Assembly (NCBI GenBank): GCA_003222535.1
Contig: QHWJ01000237.1
Location: 5,641 to 69,640 of the forward strand
From: Acidobacteriota bacterium
GTDB taxonomy: Bacteria; Acidobacteriota; Vicinamibacteria; Vicinamibacterales; CAVVIG01
Reading direction: 5' to 3'
DNA length: 64,000 nt
A program made the position numbers and the translations under genes. Shown one piece after another: positions 55,776 to 64,000 of this stretch (the first letter of the stretch is position 1; the number at the start of each line of letters is the position of its first letter). The notes under the pieces are model-generated. The model was not told where the DNA came from and searched no databases. It was given only the letters and a program-made list of their open reading frames with translations.

Positions 55776-57002
55776 ATGACATTCTGGAGCACGGCCGCAC
55801 GGCTCGCGTGGCTGCTGGTCGTCGGCGGGCGCGCCGCGGGCGCCCAGACGCTGCCGTCGGAGCCGATCGCGCTTGCCGGCGATCGTGTGACGATCAGCGG
55901 CGACGTATCGGCGTCGTTCGGCTCTGACGATCCCGGCTTCTTCAACTACACCGATTACCAGCACTCGGCGCTGCGGCTGCTGCGGCTCGATCTGTCGGCC
56001 GCCGTCAGGATGAGCCCGCATTTCGCGCTGCTGGGCGAGGTGCGGACGGAGAATCTCGGCCGCGTGCGGCCTTATGCGTTCTATCTGCGCATCAGGCCCT
56101 GGACGGCCCGCGATTTCGACATCCAGGTCGGCCGGGTGCCGCCGACCTTCGGCGCGTTCGCGCGGCGGACTTACGCGAGCGACAACCCGCTGATCGGCTA
56201 CCCGCTGGCGTACCAGTACCTCACGACCGTGCGGCCCGACGCGCTCGCCGCCAACGCCGACGAGTTGCTCCGCAAACGGAGCCTGGGCTGGCTGGTGCGT
56301 TATTCGATCGGCGACTCGAACGCCGATCCCGGGGTGCCGCTCGTGAGCGCGTTCCGGTGGGACACGGGCGTGCAGATCCACGGCACGAAGGGGATTGCCA
56401 GCGCGACGGCGTCGGTGACTGCCGGCACGGTGTCGAACCCGCTTTTCGCGGACGACAACAGCGGCCGCCAGATCGCCGGGCGTCTCGAGCTGCGCCCGGC
56501 GAGCGGCCTGAGCGGTCTTGTGGTGGGCACGTCGCTGGCACGCGGCCCGTTCCTCAGCCAGGCCGCCGCGCGAGCCGCCGTCGGCGACGGCGACAGGGAA
56601 GCGTTCACGCAGACGGTGTGGGGCGGTGATCTGGAATATTCCCGCGGCCACTACCTGCTGCGATTGGAGACAATCGTCAGCGCGTGGCATCTGCCGATCG
56701 TGCAGGCGCCGGCGCTGGCGCAGCCGCTGCGCGCCGTGTCCACCTCGGTCGAGGGCCGCTACCGGCTCATGCCGGGTCTCTACGCGGCGGCGCGCTACGA
56801 TCAGCTCGGGTTCAACGACGTGGTCGGCACGCGGCTCACGGCACCGTGGGACGCGCCGGTCAGCCGCGTCGAGGCCGGCGCCGGCTACTCCCTCCAGCGC
56901 AACCTGCTGCTGAAAGTTTCGTACCAGCACGACAGCCGCGACGGCGGGGTGTTGCTGGAAGCGGCGCACATGATCGCCGCTCAACTGGTGTACTGGTTTT
57001 AG
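55776..57002 (+). CDS. Outer-membrane beta-barrel (porin-like) protein
   Basis: Signal peptide, amphipathic strands, terminal QLVYWF. Confidence 0.75.
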   Translation: MTFWSTAARLAWLLVVGGRAAGAQTLPSEPIALAGDRVTISGDVSASFGSDDPGFFNYTDYQHSALRLLRLDLSAAVRMSPHFALLGEVRTENLGRVRPYAFYLRIRPWTARDFDIQVGRVPPTFGAFARRTYASDNPLIGYPLAYQYLTTVRPDALAANADELLRKRSLGWLVRYSIGDSNADPGVPLVSAFRWDTGVQIHGTKGIASATASVTAGTVSNPLFADDNSGRQIAGRLELRPASGLSGLVVGTSLARGPFLSQAAARAAVGDGDREAFTQTVWGGDLEYSRGHYLLRLETIVSAWHLPIVQAPALAQPLRAVSTSVEGRYRLMPGLYAAARYDQLGFNDVVGTRLTAPWDAPVSRVEAGAGYSLQRNLLLKVSYQHDSRDGGVLLEAAHMIAAQLVYWF

Positions 57003-57030
57003 TGACGATGCCAAGGACGTTTTAAAGACG

Positions 57031-57801
57031 ATGCCAAGGACACAGAGGGAACAAAGGACGCAGAGGACAGAACAGCGCGCGCCGCGAGATGTCTGGGCAG
57101 GGCATCTGTTCAACCTGGCGATCGCCCTCTCCGTTGTCCCCTTTGTGTCCTCTGTCCCCTTTGTGTCCTTTGTGACGCCGGGGCGCGCTGGCGGGGCCAC
57201 GGCGGCCCGTCCCGGCGCGATCCGCGGACGCGTCGAGCTCCGCCGCATGGCCACACCGATGGCGCGCCGTCCCGGCGTGGCGGATCTGGGCACTCCCGCG
57301 GGGCGCGATATTCCGGATCTGTTGCGGTCGGTCGTCTATCTGGAGTCGGCGCCGCGCGGCGCGTTCGAGACGAGCGAAGGCGGCCACGCGGTGATGGACC
57401 AGCGGAACGAGACGTTCGTCCCGCACATGCTGGCGATCACCAGGGGCACGACGGTGGACTTCCCGAACTCCGACAAGTTCTACCACAACGTCTTTTCGCT
57501 TTCGAAGCCGAGGCCGTTCGATCTCGGACGGTACGCCACCGGCCATTCGCGGCCGGTCCGCTTCGACCGTCCGGGCATCGTCCGCGTGTTCTGCGACATC
57601 CACTCGCACATGAGCGCGTTCATCCTGGTCTTCAGCCATCCCTTCTTCGCGATGACCGACGGCGAGGGGCGCTATCGCATCGAGAACGTGCCGCCCGGCA
57701 CCTACGGCGTCATCGCGTGGAACGAGGGCACCTCGTCGGAGCCGAAGCCGGCGACGGTGCCGGACGGCGGCGTCGCCGAGCTGGACTTCACGCTGCGATG
57801 A
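57031..57801 (+). CDS. Periplasmic cupredoxin plus carboxypeptidase-regulatory-like Ig domain protein
   Basis: MDQRNETFVP, FPNSD..HNVFS, CDIHSHM (type-1 Cu ligand pattern), NVPPGTY; start uncertain. Confidence 0.82.
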   Translation: MPRTQREQRTQRTEQRAPRDVWAGHLFNLAIALSVVPFVSSVPFVSFVTPGRAGGATAARPGAIRGRVELRRMATPMARRPGVADLGTPAGRDIPDLLRSVVYLESAPRGAFETSEGGHAVMDQRNETFVPHMLAITRGTTVDFPNSDKFYHNVFSLSKPRPFDLGRYATGHSRPVRFDRPGIVRVFCDIHSHMSAFILVFSHPFFAMTDGEGRYRIENVPPGTYGVIAWNEGTSSEPKPATVPDGGVAELDFTLR

Positions 57802-59605
57802 AGCTGCTCTCGTCGCTGCGGAGCCGGATCTTTCTCGCGAGCGCGCTGCTCGCGGTCCTCTGGATCGGCGGGGCGATTTATCTCGTCAACGTCCGCGTCA
57901 CCGAGGAGGCCGAGCGGACGCTGCAGCGCGAGATCGTCGCCGCCGCCGCGCTCGTCGACAATCTGCGGACGACGCGGACGGAGACGTTCATGCAGATGGC
58001 GCGCTTCATCGCGGACGCGCCGCCGCTCAAAGCGGCTGTGGACACCAACGACCCGGAGACGGTGCAGGGCATCGCCAACACGTACCAGAATCAGGTCAAG
58101 TCGAACCTGCTGCTCGTCACGAACAGGAAGGGCGACATTCTCGCGACCGTCGGCGCGACCGGACGCACGGCCGCGATCATCGCGAACCAGCCCGCGGTTC
58201 ACGACGGCCTCGCCGGACGCGAGAGCCTCAGCCTCCTGCCGCAGTCCGACGGCATGATTCAGCTCGTCACCGTGCCGGTGTACGTCGGCATCGTGCGGCC
58301 CGATATCCTCGGCACCCTGAGCGTCGGCTTCATGCTGGACAACGCGCTCGCGGCGCAGCTGAAGCAGATCACTCTCAGCGAGATCGCGTTCGGCATGGAC
58401 GGCCAGATTCTCGCGGCGACGCTGCCGCGTGCCGACTACCCCATGCTGGCTGCGCGGCTTCGTACGGCGGGCATCTCGCGCGTGCAGCTGTCCACCGAGG
58501 AGTTCGAGGCGCTGCCGCGACCGCTCGCGCCGGCGGCGGACGCGTCGAACACGTCGGGACCTGTCGCGCTGATCCTGCGGTCGCGCACGGCCCAGCTGCA
58601 CTCGCTCCAGTCCATTCACACCGGACTCATCGCGACCGCCGTGGTCGCCGTGCTGCTCGCCACCGTCCTGAGCTTCGCCGTGGCGCGCACGATCGCGCAG
58701 CCGCTCGCGGCGATCACCGGCGTGATGCGCGAGGTGGCGGCGACCGGCGATCTCACGCGGAAGATTGCGCTGCGTCACGGCAACCGCTGGGACGACGAGG
58801 ATGCGCGGCTGCTGGCGACGACGTTCAACACGCTGACCGATTCGATCGCGCGCTTCCAGCGCGAGATCTCACAGAAGGAGCGGCTCACGTCGCTCGGACG
58901 CCTGTCCACCGTCATCGCGCACGAGGTGCGGAACCCGCTGATGATCATCAAGGCGGCGCTGCACGCCCTGCGCCAGCCGCAGGTCGGTCCGGAGGCGGTC
59001 GGCGAGGCGGCCGACGACATCGATGAGGAAGTCTCGCGGCTGAACCGGATCGTCAACGAGGTGCTCGACTTCGCGCGGCCGATCCGGTTCGAGCCGTCGC
59101 CGGTCAACCTCAACGTGCTCTGTCGCGAGTCGGCGGCGGCGGCGCTCGCCTCCGGGCCGGGCGTGGGGATTGCGCTGGATCTGGACCCCGCGCTGTCGAC
59201 GGTCACGACCGACCCCGAGCGGCTCCGGATCGCGCTGGTCAACCTGCTCGTCAACGCGCGTCACGCCGTGAACGGCGCAGCGGAGGCGGCCCAGGCGCCG
59301 CTGGTCACGCTGCGGAGCCGCGCCATCACCGGTCGCGTGCGCATCCTGGTCGCGGACCGCGGGGTCGGCATCGCGGGGACGGACCTCGCTCAAGTGTTCG
59401 ATCCGTACTTCACGAGCAAACGCGGCGGCACCGGCCTCGGCCTGCCGATCGCCAAGAACATCGTGGAGGGTCTGGGCGGCACGATCACCATCTCGAGCGC
59501 CCCGGGCGCGGGCACCGAAATCGTCATCGACCTTCCTTTCGACGCCGCTCAGGGCAGGCCCTGGGCCTCGTCGCCAGCGCGGCCCGATCGGGCCGGCCCT
59601 CAGGC

Positions 59606-59609
<4 letters not shown>
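57798..59609 (+). CDS. HAMP sensor histidine kinase
   Basis: Two TM helices, Cache-like periplasmic part, AHEVRNPL, NLLVNA, DRGVGI, FTSK.GGTGLGL. Confidence 0.93.
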
Positions 59610-60973
<1,364 letters not shown>

Positions 60974-61001
60974 AGGCCTGCCTGGGGAGAGAGAGAACAG
61001 C

Positions 61002-61409
61002 ATGTGTAACGTCAGAAGTGTGGCGGGAGGCCTGATTGCTGCTGCGGCGATGGCTGCGGCCATGTCCTGCAGCGGCTCGTCGTCGAGCAGCACCGGACCG
61101 AGCGGATCGTGCACGCCGAGCTCGAGCCCGACGACGTTCGTCATCATGAACAATACGGTCTGCCCGCAGAGCCTCACCGTCAACCGCGGCACGCAGGTCA
61201 CCTTCTCGAACCAGGACTCGATCGTTCACGAGATGGCCTCCGACCCGCATCCGGAACACACCGACTGCGTCGAGATCAATGATGTGGGCGTCCTCAATCC
61301 CGGCCAGAGCCGCCAGACCGGCAATCTCAACATCGCGAGACGGTGCGGCTTTCACGATCACCGACTCCCCGGCGAAGCGGCGCTCAGGGGGACGATCACG
61401 ATTCAGTAG
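61002..61409 (+). CDS. Small cupredoxin-like lipoprotein
   Basis: AMSC lipobox, Ser-rich linker, LTVNRGTQVTFSN.D...H, HPEHTDC, CGFHDH, GTITIQ. Confidence 0.75.
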   Translation: MCNVRSVAGGLIAAAAMAAAMSCSGSSSSSTGPSGSCTPSSSPTTFVIMNNTVCPQSLTVNRGTQVTFSNQDSIVHEMASDPHPEHTDCVEINDVGVLNPGQSRQTGNLNIARRCGFHDHRLPGEAALRGTITIQ

Positions 61410-61516
61410 CAGGACAGGTGGATCGGGGCGGGGCTGGTAGGGCAGGTGGGCTTTACCCCCCACCTCCCCCAGCTCCCCGACCTCCGCGACCTACGAGACC
61501 TACGCCGACCTGCCCA
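61410..61516. repeat. 9-nt GGTAGG/ACCTAC tandem inverted repeat between convergent genes
   Basis: GGCGGGGCTGGTAGGGCAGGTGGG ... GACCTCCGCGACCTACGAGACCTACGCCGACCTGCCC. Confidence 0.6.
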
Positions 61517-63679
61517 TTAGAACTTCACGCTATACACGAGTCGGAAATTCCGGCCCATTTCCGGCGCGAGATCCTTCAAGTAATTCAGATGGTTGCGGTA
61601 CAGCGCGTCGGTGGCGTTATCAAGGCGCGCCGTGATCGTGTTGGCTACGTTTCCGGAGCCGAACGTATACGACGCGAACAGCTTCAGCAAGTTGTACCCG
61701 CCGGTCGGGGTCTCGCCGACCGGACCGAGAGCTGTATCAATCGTGTAGACCCGATCCTGCCTGGCCGTAAAGAGGCCGTCTACACCAGCCTGGAATGCGT
61801 TCTTCACAAAGCGCAATCCGGCGCGTCCGCGCAGCGGCGGCATGCGCGTCAGCGGTTTGTCGAGCGCGGGCAGATCTCCGCGGACGTAGTCGAGCCCGCC
61901 TTCGAGCCACACGACCGGGGCCACTCTGACATCGACATGAGATTCAACGCCCTGCACCCGTGCATCTCCCTGCACGAAGAATGTCTCCAGCAGATCTTCG
62001 ATGACGTTGCCGCTCAATTGCCGGAAGACGAAGTTATCGATGCGGTTCACGAAATACGTGACTTCGCCGGATGCGGCGGCGCCCCGCCACCGTATCGAGG
62101 CATCGAAGCCAAGCGCGTGTTCGGAGCTCAGCGCCGTATCACCATTTTCGAACGCGTTGTTGCCACCGTGCGGCCCGTGGAAGTACAGCTCCTCGAGCGC
62201 GGGGTTGCGCGAAGCCCGGGCCAGGCTGAAGGCAACCGTGGTCGTGTCGTTCGGGAGCAGCAGCAGGCCGACTGAACCGGAATAGTTCGTGAAATTGCGC
62301 GCTTCGTCCGCTGTCGGGCTGAATTTCGTGTAATCGACACGACCCCCGAACTGGAACTGGACATGCGGCGCCGCCGCCACTTCTTCATAGAGAAAGGCGG
62401 CGAATCCTTTCTGGTCTACCGGCTCCGTCAGCACCTCTTCGCCGGTCGCCGAGAATGAACGGGTGAGAACCGTTGCACCAATCGACCCCTTCATCCTTCC
62501 TACCGGCTTGTGATGTCCGAGGAGCTCCAGCTCGGTCGTGTTGTTGACGAAAGACGTGGAGACTTCGTCGCCGGCCAACTCGTCATGCTGATACCGGCGC
62601 ACTCCGAATGATCCGCGAAAGGAGTCGAAGATGCCGCCCATGTTCCGGCCCTCACCGCGAAGCGTGAAGATCTGGCGGCGTGGATCGAGATTCGTGTTGC
62701 CGTCTTCGACGAGCGGAATGCCGTAGTGGGTGCGGTCGTACGCGTAGCTGCCGCCGAAGTATCCGTTCTCGGACGTGTAACCCAAGCCGACTTCGGCGAA
62801 TGCGGCGCGATTGAAGGAGTTGGGAACGTCGCCTTCAGGCGAACGATAGTCGCCCGTACGACGGCCGCTGCCGCTCAGATGCAGCGCGACGCTTCCGTTT
62901 CCGACCGTGACGTCACCAGCCGCTCCGCCTTCCTTTGCAGCTGAGCCGGCGTCGAGCGTGAACGACCCCGTCGGACTCTTCACCGGGGCATTGGGAATCT
63001 CGTTGGTGATCACGTTGACGAGACCGCCGATCGCATTCGCGCCGTAGAGCAGCGTGGCCGGCCCACGAACAACCTCGATGCGTGAGGCCGACGCGGGGTT
63101 GACGTTCACCCCGTGGTCACCCGATTGGCTGGACAGATCGCCCATCCGGAGTCCGTCTTCGACGACCAGCACACGGTCCCCGTCCATGCCCCGCACGACC
63201 GGGCGCGCCGGACCCGGACCAAAACTGCGAAGCGCAACGCCCGGTTGGTTTTCGAGCGTCGCACCGAGCGTGCCCTGGATTTCCTTCGTGAGGTCCTGGC
63301 CGCCGAGCACGTCGGTGGCCTGAAACGACTCGAACTGGCTTTTCGCTTCCGGACTGACCGACGTCACTTCACTGAAATGGAGCTCGGGGTTGACCCGAAC
63401 GTCCGAGGTCTGCAGACCCGCTTTGACCGTGATCTCCGTCCTCGACTGCAAGTATCCATTCGCGCGAATCGTCAAATGATATGGGCCCGGCGGGACGTCC
63501 GGGATCGAGAACTTCCCGTCGGGACCGCTCCTCACCTGCTTCGTGAAGGAGGGTGATTCGAGAACGACGATTGCGTTGGCAACCGCATCGCCGGAGAGAC
63601 TATTGGTGAGCGTGCCGGACACTGCACCGGTTTGCTGCGCGGTGGCCGCATCGGCCAGGCCAATGAACGCGATCAGCAA
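61517..63679 (-). CDS. TonB-dependent receptor (ZnuD-like), native start lost by fusion
   Basis: Ig-like N-domain, TLGATLENQPGV, RPVVRG, SGDHGV, IEVVRGPATLLYG, terminal GRNFRLVYSVKF. Confidence 0.88.
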   Translation of the reverse strand: MLIAFIGLADAATAQQTGAVSGTLTNSLSGDAVANAIVVLESPSFTKQVRSGPDGKFSIPDVPPGPYHLTIRANGYLQSRTEITVKAGLQTSDVRVNPELHFSEVTSVSPEAKSQFESFQATDVLGGQDLTKEIQGTLGATLENQPGVALRSFGPGPARPVVRGMDGDRVLVVEDGLRMGDLSSQSGDHGVNVNPASASRIEVVRGPATLLYGANAIGGLVNVITNEIPNAPVKSPTGSFTLDAGSAAKEGGAAGDVTVGNGSVALHLSGSGRRTGDYRSPEGDVPNSFNRAAFAEVGLGYTSENGYFGGSYAYDRTHYGIPLVEDGNTNLDPRRQIFTLRGEGRNMGGIFDSFRGSFGVRRYQHDELAGDEVSTSFVNNTTELELLGHHKPVGRMKGSIGATVLTRSFSATGEEVLTEPVDQKGFAAFLYEEVAAAPHVQFQFGGRVDYTKFSPTADEARNFTNYSGSVGLLLLPNDTTTVAFSLARASRNPALEELYFHGPHGGNNAFENGDTALSSEHALGFDASIRWRGAAASGEVTYFVNRIDNFVFRQLSGNVIEDLLETFFVQGDARVQGVESHVDVRVAPVVWLEGGLDYVRGDLPALDKPLTRMPPLRGRAGLRFVKNAFQAGVDGLFTARQDRVYTIDTALGPVGETPTGGYNLLKLFASYTFGSGNVANTITARLDNATDALYRNHLNYLKDLAPEMGRNFRLVYSVKF

Positions 63680-63907
63680 GACATCGAGGATCACGGCCCA
63701 CGCCTGTCGGGCAAGAGCCGGCGCCGTCCGCGCAACGGCCTCACCAGCGATCCGATAGACCTGCCGTGCGAGCGCGGCGTACTCTTCCGCGTCTCGCATG
63801 TACTTGATCGCGAGCTCTCGGGGCGCAGCCGGCTGTTGCGCCTGCAACGCGGTTCCGACCGCCAGCAGGAAACCGAGCGCTGAAATCGTCGGTCGAGGTG
63901 CGATCAT
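63680..63907 (-). pseudogene. N-terminal 76 aa of a class C acid phosphatase / e(P4) 5'-nucleotidase fused in frame to the TonB-dependent receptor
   Basis: GGAGG RBS, signal peptide, KYMRDAEEYAALARQVY..WAVILDV, cut inside the DxDET motif. Confidence 0.7.
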
Positions 63908-64000
63908 CGAGCCATCCTCCGTCGGATCTGACTGGAGTTGCAGAATGCAGAATGAAATCAATTGAAGTCAGCAATCTGAAGTATCTGAAAACCAGCTGCA

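Overview
A high-GC chromosomal window whose gene content and repeat landscape suggest Acidobacteriota, probably Vicinamibacteria (inference, no search run). It holds about 55 mostly housekeeping, envelope or redox genes. I recognised no rRNA, tRNA, CRISPR array, transposase or integrase. Main results: (1) The radical SAM gene is probably a selenoprotein. Its apparent TGA stop (9844-9846) lies in a W-Y-C-U-A-E-P tail and is followed 12 nt later by a perfect SECIS-like hairpin. It sits in a compact locus with an ATP-grasp ligase, YggX and a divergent POT peptide transporter. (2) Several families of 7- and 9-nt tandem inverted repeats and REP-like palindromes fill the intergenic gaps. They also insert in frame into proteins and appear to supply parts of signal peptides. 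(3) Many genes look leaderless, with TANNNT 6-9 nt before the start codon. (4) A porin/cupredoxin/two-component module, a PH-domain/diheme cytochrome fusion, a catalytically dead penicillin-acylase paralog, a secreted CotH-like kinase and an orphan ferredoxin-nuoB-nuoI unit. (5) Four or five abrupt deletion or fusion junctions, which may be real decay or assembly artefacts. All product calls come from motif recognition by eye.
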